Part shown: positions 1-10,824 of the stretch, piece by piece
Position numbering within the stretch: position 1 is the first letter of the stretch
How the letters are laid out: each line of letters begins with the position of its first letter
Assembly (NCBI GenBank): GCA_965214705.1
Contig: OZ243972.1
Coordinates: 3,328,001 to 3,392,000, forward strand
Length of the DNA stretch: 64,000 bases
Source: Alphaproteobacteria bacterium
Lineage (GTDB): Bacteria; Pseudomonadota; Alphaproteobacteria; UBA828
Direction of reading: 5' to 3'
Translations under genes and position numbers: made by a program
The notes under the pieces: model-generated
The model's database searches: none
What the model was told of the DNA's origin: nothing
What the model saw: only the letters and a program-made list of their open reading frames with translations

Positions 1-32
1 GGGTGGAGCGGGCGTCGGAGGCGAGGACAGGA

Positions 33-1052
33 ATGGCGACTGCCAGGAAACGGGCCCGGAGTGGGACTGCACCCGCTCGCGAGGCCGCGATGGAGCCGGA
101 GACGCTGCATCGCGCGTTCCGCGACATGCTGCTGCTCCGCCGCTTCGAGGAGAAGGCGAGCCAACTCTATGGCATGGGGCTGATCGGCGGCTTTTGCCAC
201 CTCTATATCGGGCAGGAGGCGGTGGTCACCGGCATCCAATACGCGCTCGGGCCCGGCGATTCGGTCATCACAGGCTATCGCTGCCACGCCCACATGCTGA
301 TCGCGGGCGTTCCGCCCAAGGAGGTCATGGCGGAACTCACCGGGCGTGCTGCCGGCTCCTCCAAGGGCAAGGGCGGCTCGATGCATCTGTTCGCGCCCGA
401 GCGCGGCTTCTACGGCGGCCACGGCATCGTCGGCGCCCAGGTGCCGCTCGGCGTCGGCCTCAGCTTCGCCCACAAGTACCGCGCCTCGGACCGCATCTCC
501 GTCACCTACTTCGGCGACGGTGCTGCCAATCAGGGCCAGGTGTTCGAGGCCTTCAACATGGCGGCGCTCTGGCAGCTCCCCGTCCTCTTCGTGATCGAGA
601 ACAACCAGTACGCCATGGGCACGGCGGTGGAGCGCTCGGCGGCGGTGTCGGAGCTCCACGAGCGCGGCGCGGCCTTCGGCATTCCCGGCGGGCGGGTCGA
701 CGGCATGGACGTAGCGGCGGTCTACCATGCGACGCAGGAGGCCGTCGCGGGCTTGCGGGCGGGCAACGGGCCGCTGCTGCTCGAAATGATGACCTACCGC
801 TACCGCGGCCATTCGATGTCCGACCCAGCCAAGTACCGGAGCCGCGATGAGGTGAGCAAGGTGCGCAAGGAGCGCGATGCCATCGAGCAGGCGCGCCAGG
901 CCCTGATCGACGGCGGCCACGCCGACGAGGACGCCATTAAGGAGATCGACCGGGAGATCAAGGCCATCGTCAACGAGGCCGCCGACTTCGCGCAGGAAGC
1001 GCCGGAGCCCGCGCCGGTCTCCCTCGACGCCGATATCGTGGTCAGCGCCTGA
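33..1052 (+). CDS. pdhA: Pyruvate dehydrogenase E1 alpha subunit
   Basis: GFCHLYIGQEA, TPP-binding GDGAANQGQ..NN and YRGHSMSDP motifs; ATG at 33 follows a purine-rich RBS; first gene of the pdh operon. Confidence 0.96.
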   Translation: MATARKRARSGTAPAREAAMEPETLHRAFRDMLLLRRFEEKASQLYGMGLIGGFCHLYIGQEAVVTGIQYALGPGDSVITGYRCHAHMLIAGVPPKEVMAELTGRAAGSSKGKGGSMHLFAPERGFYGGHGIVGAQVPLGVGLSFAHKYRASDRISVTYFGDGAANQGQVFEAFNMAALWQLPVLFVIENNQYAMGTAVERSAAVSELHERGAAFGIPGGRVDGMDVAAVYHATQEAVAGLRAGNGPLLLEMMTYRYRGHSMSDPAKYRSRDEVSKVRKERDAIEQARQALIDGGHADEDAIKEIDREIKAIVNEAADFAQEAPEPAPVSLDADIVVSA

Positions 1053-1076
1053 GAGCCGCGCAGGACGCCGCCCCAC

Positions 1077-2060
1077 ATGGTTCAGCAGACCGTTCGAGAG
1101 GCGCTCCGCGACGCGATGGCGGAGGAGATGCGGGCCGACCCCGACGTGTTCCTCATGGGCGAGGAGGTGGCGGAATACCAGGGCGCATACAAGGTGAGCC
1201 AAGGGCTGCTCGACGAGTTCGGTGCGGGGCGCGTGATCGACACGCCCATCACCGAGGCCGGGTTCGCCGGCATCGGCGTCGGCGCCGCCATGGGCGGGCT
1301 GAAGCCCATCGTCGAGTTCATGACCTTCAACTTCGCCATGCAGGCGATGGACCATCTGATCAACTCGGCCGCGAAGACGCTCTACATGTCCGGCGGCCTG
1401 CTGCCGGTGCCGGTGGTCTTTCGCGGACCCAACGGCGCCGCCGCAAGGGTCGCGGCGCAGCACTCCCAGTGCTACGCGAGTTGGTTCGCCCACGTGCCCG
1501 GCTGGCGGGTAATTGCGCCCTATTCGGCGGCCGACGCCAAGGGGCTGCTGAAGTCCTGCATCCGCGATCCCAACCCGGCGGTGTTCTTGGAGAACGAGCT
1601 GCTCTACGGCCAGAGCTTCGAGGTGCCCGAAGGCAACGATCACCTGGTGCCCATCGGCCAGGCCGCGGTCGCCCGCGCCGGCAGCGATGTCACCGTAGCC
1701 GCGTTCTCGATCATGGTGGGCCGCGCGCTGGAGGCGGCGGAGACGCTCGCCGCAGAGGGCATCGAGGCCGAAGTCATCGACCTGCGCTCGCTCCGCCCGC
1801 TCGACGGCGCGGCGGTGCTGGCCTCGGTGGAGAAGACCAACCGCCTGGTCACGGTGGAGGAGGGCTGGCCCTTCGCCGGCATCGGCGCCGAGGTCGCCGC
1901 GCTGGTCATGGAGCAGGCGTTCGACATGCTCGACGCGCCGGTCGCGCGGGTCTCGGGCGCCGACCTGCCGATGCCTTACGCCGCCAATCTCGAAGCCGCG
2001 ACCCTGCCGGGCGCGAAAGACATCGCCGACGCCGTCCGCCGCGTCTGCTATCAGGAATAG
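1077..2060 (+). CDS. pdhB: Pyruvate dehydrogenase E1 beta subunit (no N-terminal lipoyl domain)
   Basis: [34 protein letters not shown] and AAQHSQ motifs; operon position. Confidence 0.96.
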   Translation: MVQQTVREALRDAMAEEMRADPDVFLMGEEVAEYQGAYKVSQGLLDEFGAGRVIDTPITEAGFAGIGVGAAMGGLKPIVEFMTFNFAMQAMDHLINSAAKTLYMSGGLLPVPVVFRGPNGAAARVAAQHSQCYASWFAHVPGWRVIAPYSAADAKGLLKSCIRDPNPAVFLENELLYGQSFEVPEGNDHLVPIGQAAVARAGSDVTVAAFSIMVGRALEAAETLAAEGIEAEVIDLRSLRPLDGAAVLASVEKTNRLVTVEEGWPFAGIGAEVAALVMEQAFDMLDAPVARVSGADLPMPYAANLEAATLPGAKDIADAVRRVCYQE

Positions 2061-2069
2061 GGAGACGAC

Positions 2070-3383
2070 ATGCCGATCCAGATTCTCATGCCGGCGCTCT
2101 CGCCGACGATGACCGAGGGCAACGTCGCGAGCTGGCTCAAGAACGAGGGAGACTCGGTCCAGGCCGGCGACATTCTGTGCGAGATCGAGACCGACAAGGC
2201 GACCATGGAGGTGGAGGCCACCGACGAGGGCACGCTTGCCAGGATCGTCGCCCCCGCCGGTACCGAGGCGGTGCCGGTGAACGCGGTCATCGGGCTGATC
2301 CTGGAAGAGGGCGAGGACTCGTCGGCTCTCGAGGGCGCTGAGGCTGCAGCCCCCGCAGCAGCGGCGCCCGCTGCCGCGCCGGCCGAGCCGGCGGCTGAGC
2401 CCGCACCGGCGGCAGCCCCGGCCGCACCAGCGCCCGGTGGCAACGGCGCGACACCGCCTGCGCCCGCGCGCGAGCCCGGCGCACGCATCTTCGCGAGCCC
2501 GCTGGCACGCCGCATGGCCAAGCAGGCCGGCCTCGCGCTGGAGGCCATCGCCGGCACCGGCCCGAACGGGCGAATCGTCAAGGTCGATGTCGAGGCGGCG
2601 ATCGCCGCCGCGGCGGCCGCGCCTGCAGTTGCCGCGCCCGCTCCGGCGGCGGCTGCACCCGTTGCGGCGCCGGTCGCGGCGCCTGCCGCTCCTGCTGCCT
2701 ACCAGGACGCGCCGGCCAGCACCATGCGCAAGGTCATCGCGCAGCGGCTGCAGGAGGCCAAGCGCGAGGTCCCGCACTTCTACCTGACGGTCGACTGCGC
2801 GGTCGATGCGCTGCTGGAGACCCGCGCCCAGCTCAACGAGCGCTCGGACGACTACGCCCTCTCGGTCAACGACTTCGTGATCCGCGCCGCGGCGCTCGCG
2901 CTGCGCAAGGTCCCGGCCGCCAATGCCTCGTGGGTGGACGGCGCGCTCCGGCAATACGCGAGCGCCGATGTCTCGGTGGCCGTTGCCATCGAGGACGGGC
3001 TGGTGACGCCCATCGTGCGCAATGCCGACGGCAAGGGGCTCGCCGAGATTTCGGCCGAGGTGAAGGAGCTCGCCGGGCGCGCCCGCGCCAAGCCCATGGG
3101 GCTCGCGCCGGAGGAGTATCAGGGCGGCACCTTCAGCGTCTCCAACCTCGGCATGTACGGCATCAAGGAGTTCGCGGCGATCATCAACCCGCCGCAGTCG
3201 ATGATCCTCGCCGTCGGCACCGCCGAGCAGCGGCCGGTGGTCAGGGACGGCGCGCTCGCCGTCGCCACCATGATGTCGTGCACGCTCTCGGTCGATCACC
3301 GCGTGGTCGACGGCGCGCTCGGCGCCCGGTTCATGCAGGCGTTCAAGGGCCTGATCGAAGACCCGCTCACCATGCTTCTCTAG
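2070..3383 (+). CDS. pdhC: Dihydrolipoamide acetyltransferase (PDH E2)
   Basis: Lipoyl domain ETDKA, Ala/Pro linker, E3-binding ASPLARR, catalytic DHRVVDG. Confidence 0.96.
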   Translation: MPIQILMPALSPTMTEGNVASWLKNEGDSVQAGDILCEIETDKATMEVEATDEGTLARIVAPAGTEAVPVNAVIGLILEEGEDSSALEGAEAAAPAAAAPAAAPAEPAAEPAPAAAPAAPAPGGNGATPPAPAREPGARIFASPLARRMAKQAGLALEAIAGTGPNGRIVKVDVEAAIAAAAAAPAVAAPAPAAAAPVAAPVAAPAAPAAYQDAPASTMRKVIAQRLQEAKREVPHFYLTVDCAVDALLETRAQLNERSDDYALSVNDFVIRAAALALRKVPAANASWVDGALRQYASADVSVAVAIEDGLVTPIVRNADGKGLAEISAEVKELAGRARAKPMGLAPEEYQGGTFSVSNLGMYGIKEFAAIINPPQSMILAVGTAEQRPVVRDGALAVATMMSCTLSVDHRVVDGALGARFMQAFKGLIEDPLTMLL

Positions 3384-3434
3384 CTTGGGAGGGCCATAAC
3401 GGCCCCCCTCACGCAGACCAGACCGGAGGACATC

Positions 3435-4838
3435 ATGGCCGATCCGTCCTTTGACGTTGTCATCGTCGGCACCGGCCCCGGCGGCTATGTCGCGGCAATC
3501 CGGGCGAGCCAGCTCGGCCTGAAGACCGCCGTGGTCGAGCGCGAGCGGCTCGGCGGCATCTGCCTCAACTGGGGCTGCATCCCGACCAAGGCGCTGCTCC
3601 GGGTCTCGGAGCTGCGCCACACCCTCGGCCGGCTCGGCGACTTCGGCATTACCGTGGGCGACGTCTCGGTCGATATCGAGAAGGTGGTCGCCCATTCCCG
3701 CAAGGTCGCGGACCAGCTCTCCCGCGGCGTGGCCTACCTGATGAAGAAGAACGGCATCGCGGTGATCGAGGGGCATGCCCGGCTGGCCGGCTCCGGCACG
3801 CTCGAGGTGACCAAGGAGGACGGGGCAGTCGAGACCGTCCGCGCGGCCCACATCATTCTCGCCACCGGCGCCAGGGCGCGCGTGTTGCCCGGTATGGAGC
3901 CCGACGGCGAGACGATCTGGACCTACAAGGAGGCGATGGTGCCGCGCGCGCACCCGGCCTCGCTGCTGGTGATCGGCGCCGGCGCCATCGGCATGGAGTT
4001 CGCGAGCTTCTATGCCGACCTCGGCAGCGCCGTCACCGTGGTCGAGATCCTGCCGCGCGTGCTGCCGGTGGAGGACGAGGAAATCTCGGCCGCCGCCCTC
4101 AAGGCATTCGAGGGCCAGGGCATGACCATCCACACCGGCGCGCGGGTGACCAGCCTCGCGGCCAGCGGCGGCGCGGTGCAGGCCGCCATCGAGACCGCGG
4201 ACGGCGAGACCGGGAACGCCACGTTCGATCGCGCGATCCTCGCCGCCGGTATCGTCGGCAACGTCGAGGACGTCGGGCTGGAGGGCACTGGCGTCGTGGT
4301 CGAGAAGGGCCACATCCAGACCGACCCCTGGATGGCGACCGGTGAGCCCGGCGTCTATGCCATCGGCGATGTCACCGGCCCGCCCTGGCTCGCCCACAAG
4401 GCAAGCCACGAGGGCGTGCTCTGCGTGGAGAAGATCGCGGGCGCAGACGGCGTGCACCCGCTGGACACGAGCCGGGTGCCGGCCTGCACCTATTGCCGGC
4501 CCCAGGTCGCCTCGGTCGGGCTCACCGAAGCCGCGGCGAAGGAGGCGGGGCACGCGGTGCGCGTCGGGCGCTTCCCCTTCATCGGCAACGGCAAGGCGAT
4601 CGCGCTGGGCGAGCCCGAAGGCATGGTCAAGACCGTGTTCGACGAGGCGACCGGCGAGCTGCTCGGCGCCCACATGATCGGCACCGAGGTGACCGAGCTG
4701 ATCCAGGGCTACACGGTCGCCCGCTCGCTGGAGTGCACCGAGGCGGACCTTGTCGAGACGATCTTCCCGCACCCCACATTATCCGAGGCGATGCACGAAT
4801 CGGTGCTTGACGCCTATGGGCGCGTCATCCACATCTAG
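3435..4838 (+). CDS. lpdA: Dihydrolipoyl dehydrogenase (E3)
   Basis: GxGPGG FAD site, [11 protein letters not shown] redox disulfide, HPTLSE. Confidence 0.96.
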   Translation: MADPSFDVVIVGTGPGGYVAAIRASQLGLKTAVVERERLGGICLNWGCIPTKALLRVSELRHTLGRLGDFGITVGDVSVDIEKVVAHSRKVADQLSRGVAYLMKKNGIAVIEGHARLAGSGTLEVTKEDGAVETVRAAHIILATGARARVLPGMEPDGETIWTYKEAMVPRAHPASLLVIGAGAIGMEFASFYADLGSAVTVVEILPRVLPVEDEEISAAALKAFEGQGMTIHTGARVTSLAASGGAVQAAIETADGETGNATFDRAILAAGIVGNVEDVGLEGTGVVVEKGHIQTDPWMATGEPGVYAIGDVTGPPWLAHKASHEGVLCVEKIAGADGVHPLDTSRVPACTYCRPQVASVGLTEAAAKEAGHAVRVGRFPFIGNGKAIALGEPEGMVKTVFDEATGELLGAHMIGTEVTELIQGYTVARSLECTEADLVETIFPHPTLSEAMHESVLDAYGRVIHI

Positions 4839-4860
4839 GTGGGAAGCCGAGGAGCCGAGC

Positions 4861-5811
4861 ATGGCTGAGTCGCAGGTCACACCGCTGAAGTCCCGTAGCG
4901 ACCGCGAGCCCAAGCCGCGCTGGCTCCGGGTCAAGGCGCCGACCTCGCCCGAGTACAACGCGACGCGGAAGCTGATGCGCACGCACCGGCTGAACACCGT
5001 GTGCGAGGAGGCGGCGTGCCCCAACATCGGCGAGTGCTGGGCCAAGGGCCACGCGACGGTGATGATCCTGGGCTCGGTCTGTACCCGCGCGTGCGCCTTC
5101 TGCAACATCGCCACCGGTCGGCCCGACCAGCTCGACCCGCACGAGCCGGACGAGCTCGCGCAGGCGGTCGGATCGCTCGGGCTCGACCACGTGGTCATCA
5201 CGTCGGTGGACCGTGACGATCTCGACGACGGCGGCGCCTTCCAGTTCGTGCGCTGTATCGAGCGCCTGCGGGAGACCGCGCCCGAGACCACCATCGAGGT
5301 GCTGACGCCGGACTTCCGCAACAAGCCCGGCGCCATCGAGGCGGTGACGGGTGCGAAGCCCGACGTTTACAACCACAACCTGGAGACCGTGCCGCGCCTC
5401 TACACCCAGGTCAGGCCCGGTGCGCGCTACTACCACTCGCTCCGCCTGCTGGACACGGTGAAGCGCTGCGATCCCTCGATCTTCACCAAGTCCGGCGTCA
5501 TGGTGGGGCTCGGCGAAGAGCGCCGCGAGATCCTCCAGGTGATGGACGACCTGCGCTCGGCGGACGTGGATTTCCTCACCATCGGCCAGTACCTGCGCCC
5601 GACCGAACGCCATCACGAGGTGATGCGCTACGTCACGCCGGACGAGTTCGCCGAGTACGAGCGGCTGGCCTACGCCAAGGGTTTTTTGATGGTCTCGTCC
5701 TCGCCGCTCACGCGCTCCTCCTATCACGCTGGCGACGATTTTCAGACCCTGCGGGCCAACCGCGAGGCCAAGCTCGCCGCCGACGCGGCCGCGTCCCCTT
5801 CTGGCGCCTGA
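4861..5811 (+). CDS. lipA: Lipoyl synthase
   Basis: [12 protein letters not shown] plus CTRACAFC radical-SAM motifs, RSSYHA; ATG at 4861 after GAGGAG. Confidence 0.96.
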   Translation: MAESQVTPLKSRSDREPKPRWLRVKAPTSPEYNATRKLMRTHRLNTVCEEAACPNIGECWAKGHATVMILGSVCTRACAFCNIATGRPDQLDPHEPDELAQAVGSLGLDHVVITSVDRDDLDDGGAFQFVRCIERLRETAPETTIEVLTPDFRNKPGAIEAVTGAKPDVYNHNLETVPRLYTQVRPGARYYHSLRLLDTVKRCDPSIFTKSGVMVGLGEERREILQVMDDLRSADVDFLTIGQYLRPTERHHEVMRYVTPDEFAEYERLAYAKGFLMVSSSPLTRSSYHAGDDFQTLRANREAKLAADAAASPSGA

Positions 5812-5822
5812 AGGCGCTCCCA

Positions 5823-6287
5823 ATGCCGCAGCACGTCGAGCGCCGCTTCATGCCCTACAGCTCGGACCAGATGTTCGATCTGGTGGCCGAGGTCGAGTGC
5901 TACCCCGAGTTCCTGCCCTGGTGTCTCGGCACCCGCGTGACCAGGCGCGTGCCCGGCGAGCCCGGCATCGTGGAGGCCGACATGCTGATCGGCTTCATGA
6001 TGCTCCGCGAGCGCTTCGGCTCGCGGATGCAGCTTCACCGCGACGAGTATCGGATCGAGGTGAACCACACCCACGGGCCGTTCCACCACATGGTCAACCG
6101 CTGGCGCTTCGATGAGCGCACTGACGGCTGCGAGGTCGATTTCTTCGTCGATTTCGAGTTCCGCTCCAGGCTTCTGAGGCGGGTCATGAGCGCGCTCTTC
6201 GCCGAGGCCGTGGACCGCATGGTGCGCGCCTTCGAGGTCCGCGCCCGCCAGCTCTACGGCGCGCCGGCGGTGGAAGCGACGGCCTAG
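5823..6287 (+). CDS. ratA: RatA/Coq10 START-domain (polyketide cyclase-like) protein
   Basis: MFDLVAEVECYPEFLPWC and GPFHHMVNRWRF; usual neighbour of lipA. Confidence 0.88.
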   Translation: MPQHVERRFMPYSSDQMFDLVAEVECYPEFLPWCLGTRVTRRVPGEPGIVEADMLIGFMMLRERFGSRMQLHRDEYRIEVNHTHGPFHHMVNRWRFDERTDGCEVDFFVDFEFRSRLLRRVMSALFAEAVDRMVRAFEVRARQLYGAPAVEATA

Positions 6288-6414
6288 GGCGGAGGCTGGC
6301 CGCGGTGAAAAACTCGAAATTACAAAACGAACCCAATTTCGCATAACCATCTTATTTGATTGAATAATTAGCGCCGAAGCCGGCTCTGGATCGGGCGGCG
6401 AGGGGAGGGCAGTC

Positions 6415-7935
6415 ATGGCGATCAAAGCACCCACCACGGACCAGATCGTCGAGGTCGGCGCGCAGCTCGGGATGAGCCTCTCGGAGGACGAGGCCGCCCA
6501 GTATCTCGCGGCGATGCAGCCCATGCTCGCGGGCTACGGCGTTGTGGACTCCATGTCTGACGAACTGCCGGAAGTGAAGTACCCGCGCGTTCCCGGCCAC
6601 CGGCCCACGGGCGACGAGAACCCGCACAACGGCTGGTACTGGAAGACCGCGATCAAGGGCGCAGCGGAGGGCCCGCTCGCCGGCAGGCGGGTCGGCATCA
6701 AGGACAACGTCTGCGTCGCCGGCGTGCCGATGATGAACGGCGCCTCGGTGCTCGAAGGCTACGTGCCGGAGGTGGACGCCACGGTGGTGAGCCGAATCCT
6801 CGATGCGGGCGGCGAGATCGCGGGCAAGACCGCCTGCGAGTACCTGTGCTTCTCCGGCGCGAGCCACACCAATGCCACCGGCAACCCCGTCCACAATCCC
6901 TGGAAGCGGGGCTACACCTCCGGCGGCTCCTCGTCGGGCTCCGGCGCGGTGGTCGCGGCCGGCGACGTGGAGATGGCGATCGGCGGCGACCAGGGCGGCT
7001 CGATCCGCATACCGGCGTCCATGTGCGGCATCGTCGGGCTCAAGCCGACGCACGGCCTCGTGCCCTACACCGGCGTCATGCCCATCGAGCTCACCATCGA
7101 TCACGTCGGCCCCATGACCGACACCGTCGCCAACAACGCGCTGCTGCTGGAGGCGATCGCCGGCAGCGACGGGCTCGACCCGCGCCAGATCGGCGTGCCC
7201 GAAATTCCGGCCTACACGGCCGCGCTCGGCCAGGGCGCAGAGGGGATGACCATCGGCGTCGTGACCGAAGGCTTCGGCCACCCCAACTCGGAGCCCGCCG
7301 TGGACGAGACGGTCCGCGCCGCGATCGCTCAATACGAGGCAATCGGCGCCACCGTGCGCGAGATCAACATCCCGGAGCATCTGGTCAGCGGCGCCGTCTG
7401 GACCCCGATCGGGCTCGAGGGCACGGTCGACTTCATGATCAACGGCAACGGCTTCGGCACGAACTGGAAGGGCCTTTTCGTCACCAGCCTGATCGACCGC
7501 TACGCCCGCTGGCGCGAGCGCGCCGACGAGTTCCCGCACACGCTCAAGTACGCGATCCTGCTCGGCCAATACATGCTGAACCAGTACGGCGGGCGCTACT
7601 ACGGCAAGGCGCAGAACATCGCCCGCCGCATTCGTGCGGCCTACGACCGGGCGCTCGGCGAGTGCGACGTGCTGGTCATGCCGACGCTGCCCATCGTGGC
7701 GACGCCCCTTGCGCCGGCGGACGCGCCGATCGACCTCTACATTCAGCGTGCCCACGAGATGCTGACCAACACCGCCTGCCACAACATCACCGGCCACCCG
7801 GCGCTCACGATTCCATGCGGCCTGAACGACGGCTTGCCGGTCGGCCTCCAGCTGATCGGCAGGCACTTCGACGAAGCGACGATCTACCGCGCCGCCCACG
7901 CCTGGGAGCAGTCCGTGGACTGGAAGACGCTCTGA
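6415..7935 (+). CDS. Amidase signature family enzyme
   Basis: IKDN, GGSSSGS and GGDQGGSIRIPAS (Ser-cisSer-Lys signature). Confidence 0.93.
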   Translation: MAIKAPTTDQIVEVGAQLGMSLSEDEAAQYLAAMQPMLAGYGVVDSMSDELPEVKYPRVPGHRPTGDENPHNGWYWKTAIKGAAEGPLAGRRVGIKDNVCVAGVPMMNGASVLEGYVPEVDATVVSRILDAGGEIAGKTACEYLCFSGASHTNATGNPVHNPWKRGYTSGGSSSGSGAVVAAGDVEMAIGGDQGGSIRIPASMCGIVGLKPTHGLVPYTGVMPIELTIDHVGPMTDTVANNALLLEAIAGSDGLDPRQIGVPEIPAYTAALGQGAEGMTIGVVTEGFGHPNSEPAVDETVRAAIAQYEAIGATVREINIPEHLVSGAVWTPIGLEGTVDFMINGNGFGTNWKGLFVTSLIDRYARWRERADEFPHTLKYAILLGQYMLNQYGGRYYGKAQNIARRIRAAYDRALGECDVLVMPTLPIVATPLAPADAPIDLYIQRAHEMLTNTACHNITGHPALTIPCGLNDGLPVGLQLIGRHFDEATIYRAAHAWEQSVDWKTL

Positions 7936-7967
7936 CCCGGCAGCGGCCATCAAGGGAGAACCACCAC

Positions 7968-8600
7968 ATGAAGCTCTATGAATTTTCGCTCGCGCCCGGC
8001 CCGCGCCGGGTGCGCATGTTCATCGCCGAGAAGGGGATCGAGATTCCCTCCGTCCAGATCAACACCCGCGAGCGGCAGCAGTTCACCGACGAGTACCGCG
8101 CCGTGAACCCCAACTGCGTGGTGCCCACGCTGGTGCTCGACGATGGCACCTGCCTCGGCGAATCGGTGGCGATCTGCCGCTATCTGGAGGAAACCCATCC
8201 CGAGCCCAACCTGATGGGCCGCGACGCCAAGGAGAAGGCGGTCATCGAGATGTGGAACCGGCAGGCGGAGCTGGAGGGCTATCTCGCGGCCGTCGATGCG
8301 CTGCGCAACAGCGCGCCCATGTTCGAGGGTCGCGGGGTGGCCGGCGTGACCGGCGGGGTTCCCCAGATCCCGGCGCTGGCCGAGCGCGGCAGGCAGCTCA
8401 TGGGGCGCTTCTTCGCCAAGCTCGACGGCCGCCTCGCGGAGAGCAGCCATCTCGCCGGCGACAGGTTCTCCATCGCCGACATCACGGCGTTCATAACGAT
8501 CGACTTCTCCAAGCGCGCCGAGATCGAAATTCCCGAGGACTGCGCCAACGTCGCCCGCTGGTTCGCCGAAGTCGGCGAGCGTCCCAGCGCCTCGGCGTAG
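7968..8600 (+). CDS. Glutathione S-transferase family protein
   Basis: MKLYEFSLAPGPRRVRMF, VPTLVLDDG, ESVAICRYLE, FSIADI; ATG at 7968 after GGGAG (the longer ORF-track call is an upstream overextension). Confidence 0.9.
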   Translation: MKLYEFSLAPGPRRVRMFIAEKGIEIPSVQINTRERQQFTDEYRAVNPNCVVPTLVLDDGTCLGESVAICRYLEETHPEPNLMGRDAKEKAVIEMWNRQAELEGYLAAVDALRNSAPMFEGRGVAGVTGGVPQIPALAERGRQLMGRFFAKLDGRLAESSHLAGDRFSIADITAFITIDFSKRAEIEIPEDCANVARWFAEVGERPSASA

Positions 8601-8789
8601 GCGGCTTCAGCCCCGGGCCGTCAGGCCCGGAGCGCGCGACCGCGCGCCGCGCCTAATGGCGCGAAAGCCAAGCGAGCGGAGCGAGCGCCCGGCGCTTGAG
8701 GGAAATGATTAAGCCAGCGCCCGCCGACTGAGGGAAATGAACTGACCGAGGCTTGCCGCCATCGCGCGGCCGCGCTATGAGGCCGGGCG

Positions 8790-9077
8790 ATGGACGTGCG
8801 CATCTACAGGCCGGCGAAGACGGCGACCCAGTCGGGCCGGGCGAAGACCAACCGCTGGGTGCTGGAGCACGCGCCGCGCGGCAACCGCGCGGTAGACAGC
8901 CTGATGGGCTGGACCGGCTCGGACGACACCACCCAGCAGGTCAAGCTGAGCTTCGCGACCAAGCAGCAGGCAATCGCCTACGCCAAGCGCAAGGGCTTCG
9001 CTTACGTCGTGGACGAGCCGCAGTCGCGCCCCATCCGGCCCAAGTCCTACGCCGACAATTTTATTCGCAAGACCTGA
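8790..9077 (+). CDS. ETC complex I subunit (NDUFS4-like)
   Basis: RIYRPAKTATQSG, LMGWTGSDD, PKSYADNF. Confidence 0.9.
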   Translation: MDVRIYRPAKTATQSGRAKTNRWVLEHAPRGNRAVDSLMGWTGSDDTTQQVKLSFATKQQAIAYAKRKGFAYVVDEPQSRPIRPKSYADNFIRKT

Positions 9078-9117
9078 GGCGCCCGCCGCTCAGCCGGCGA
9101 AGTGCATTCCGACCTTT

Positions 9118-9459
9118 CTAACCCAAGAGCACGGACAGCTTTGCGCGCACGTCGCTGACCACTTCCGGCGGCGCCTCGGTCGCGAAACGGGCGTGACGGG
9201 CCCGCCAATCCAGGCTCCTGACTTGGTCGGAAAGGACGACACCAGTCACTCGACCAGCGGCGGGAAGCGCGACTTCGAAGGGATATCCCTTCACCCTGGA
9301 GGTGATGGGGCAGAACAGTCCCATCCCGGTCTTTCCGTTGTAGCTCTGCGGGCTTAACACAAGGGCAGGACGGTGCCCGGCTTGTTCATGTCCGGCTTGG
9401 GGCGAGAACGCGAGCCATACGATATGCCCCGTGTCCGGGACATATTCTGTCTCTACCAT
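9118..9459 (-). CDS. mazF: MazF/PemK endoribonuclease toxin
   Basis: FSPQAGHEQAGHRPALVLS, CPITS, DQVRSLDWRAR; overlaps the antitoxin stop. Confidence 0.93.
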   Translation of the reverse strand: MVETEYVPDTGHIVWLAFSPQAGHEQAGHRPALVLSPQSYNGKTGMGLFCPITSRVKGYPFEVALPAAGRVTGVVLSDQVRSLDWRARHARFATEAPPEVVSDVRAKLSVLLG

Positions 9460-9692
9460 TGCTCATTGCCCTGGGGATCTCCTGTGTCCTGCTCGGGATG
9501 CAGATTGTCGTCGGTAACGCGGCTCAACAGGTCGTCGAGGTCGTACGTTCTCTTCCGCATCACGACTCGATCGCCGTGTGAGGCCATATCAATGACGGAA
9601 CCTTCTGACACTCCCCATTGCTCGGCGATGGCCTTGGGGATGCGCACTGCCAAGCTGCTCCCCCATTTCCGAACATGCTGAGTTGCGCCCAT
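9453..9692 (-). CDS. mazE: MazE AbrB-type antitoxin
   Basis: VRKWGSSLAVRIPK; C-terminal G.PQGNEQW. Confidence 0.92.
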   Translation of the reverse strand: MGATQHVRKWGSSLAVRIPKAIAEQWGVSEGSVIDMASHGDRVVMRKRTYDLDDLLSRVTDDNLHPEQDTGDPQGNEQW

Positions 9693-9708
9693 GAACGATC
9701 CTCCTTGA

Positions 9709-9727
9709 GTATCTACATTATAGATAC
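9709..9727. promoter_or_regulatory. Palindromic operator upstream of mazEF
   Basis: GTATCTA-cattA-TAGATAC perfect 7-bp inverted repeat 16 bp upstream of the mazE start, in an AT-rich patch; resembles mazEF-type autoregulatory operators. Confidence 0.7.
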
Positions 9728-9796
9728 ATTGGGTAGAGGCTGCAATCGGTAGTGCCGGCGTTGGCGCGCAATAGCGCCCGATAATTCAAGCGCTGC

Positions 9797-10714
9797 TCAC
9801 CCCGCGAAGCGGGGCTCCGGAATCCCCCTGATGCCGAGGCCGGTGACCGCGAACAGGCCGCCGGCGAGGAATTGCGGCTTGGCCTCTACCTGGAACATGT
9901 CGTGCACCGCCGGGTGCTGCACGCGGGCCATGGAGGTGACGTAGAGCACGTCGAGGTTGTCGCCGCCGAACATCACGCTGGTAACGTTCTTCACCGGCAT
10001 CCCGATGCGGCGCTCCACCGAGCCGTCCGGCGCATAGCGCACCAGCTCGCCGCCGATCACCTGCGCGTTCCAGAGGCAGCCTTCCTCGTCCACGGTGGAG
10101 CCGTCGGCGACGCCGGCGTCGTCCTTGGTCGAGGCGAACACCCGCTTGTTGGAGAGCGTGCCGGTCTCGATGTCGTAGTCGAAGGCCCAGAACTCCTCCT
10201 GGAAGCTGTCGGCCAGGTAGAAGGTCTTGTCGTCCGGGCTCCAGCATGGGCCGTTGGTGCAGATGATGCCGCCGTCCACCTTGGTGACGCTGAGGTCGGG
10301 GTCGAGCCGCCACAGGCCGCAGATGGTAAGCTCCTCCTTGTCGTCCATGCCGCCGGCGAAGAAGCGCCCGCGCCGGTCGCACTTGCCGTCGTTGAGCCGG
10401 GTGCGCGGCTGCTCGGCGTCGACCTTGGTGATCAGCTCCATCTCCGCCTTGTCGTAGTCGAAGAAGTAGAAGCCGTCGTCGAGCGCCATCACCGCGCCGC
10501 CGCCGGCACGCAGCGCCATCGCGCCGACATCGTGCTCGCCGAGGGTCCAGTTCTCGACCTTGCCCGTGCGCGGGTCCATGCGCCAAAGCTCGGGCTTGCC
10601 GACCCGGCGCCCGGTGCCGTCCACCCAGTAGAGCCGGCCTTCGTCCACGTCCCACACCGGGCCTTCGCCCAGGTGGTTCTCGCAGTCGAGGATGCACTCG
10701 ATCTTGATGCTCAT
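9797..10714 (-). CDS. SMP-30/gluconolactonase/LRE family protein
   Basis: LGEGPVWD, RLNDGKCDRRGRF, NGPCWSPD, DGSTVDEEG. Confidence 0.92.
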   Translation of the reverse strand: MSIKIECILDCENHLGEGPVWDVDEGRLYWVDGTGRRVGKPELWRMDPRTGKVENWTLGEHDVGAMALRAGGGAVMALDDGFYFFDYDKAEMELITKVDAEQPRTRLNDGKCDRRGRFFAGGMDDKEELTICGLWRLDPDLSVTKVDGGIICTNGPCWSPDDKTFYLADSFQEEFWAFDYDIETGTLSNKRVFASTKDDAGVADGSTVDEEGCLWNAQVIGGELVRYAPDGSVERRIGMPVKNVTSVMFGGDNLDVLYVTSMARVQHPAVHDMFQVEAKPQFLAGGLFAVTGLGIRGIPEPRFAG

Positions 10715-10824
10715 ACGCGTCACCCCTTGGTTTGCCCGATGGTGGCGGCGGGTCGCGCCGCGCGCAAGGCCGCACACGTTGTCACCGGGCGGCACGGCCG
10801 CTAAGAGGGGGCGGGGAGGATCGC

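Noticed and set aside
2330-2700. Ala/Pro low-complexity repeats
   Set aside because: Normal E2 linkers.
6846-7967. N-terminal extension of the GST
   Set aside because: It is an off-frame overlap with the amidase; an RBS and ATG are present at 7968.
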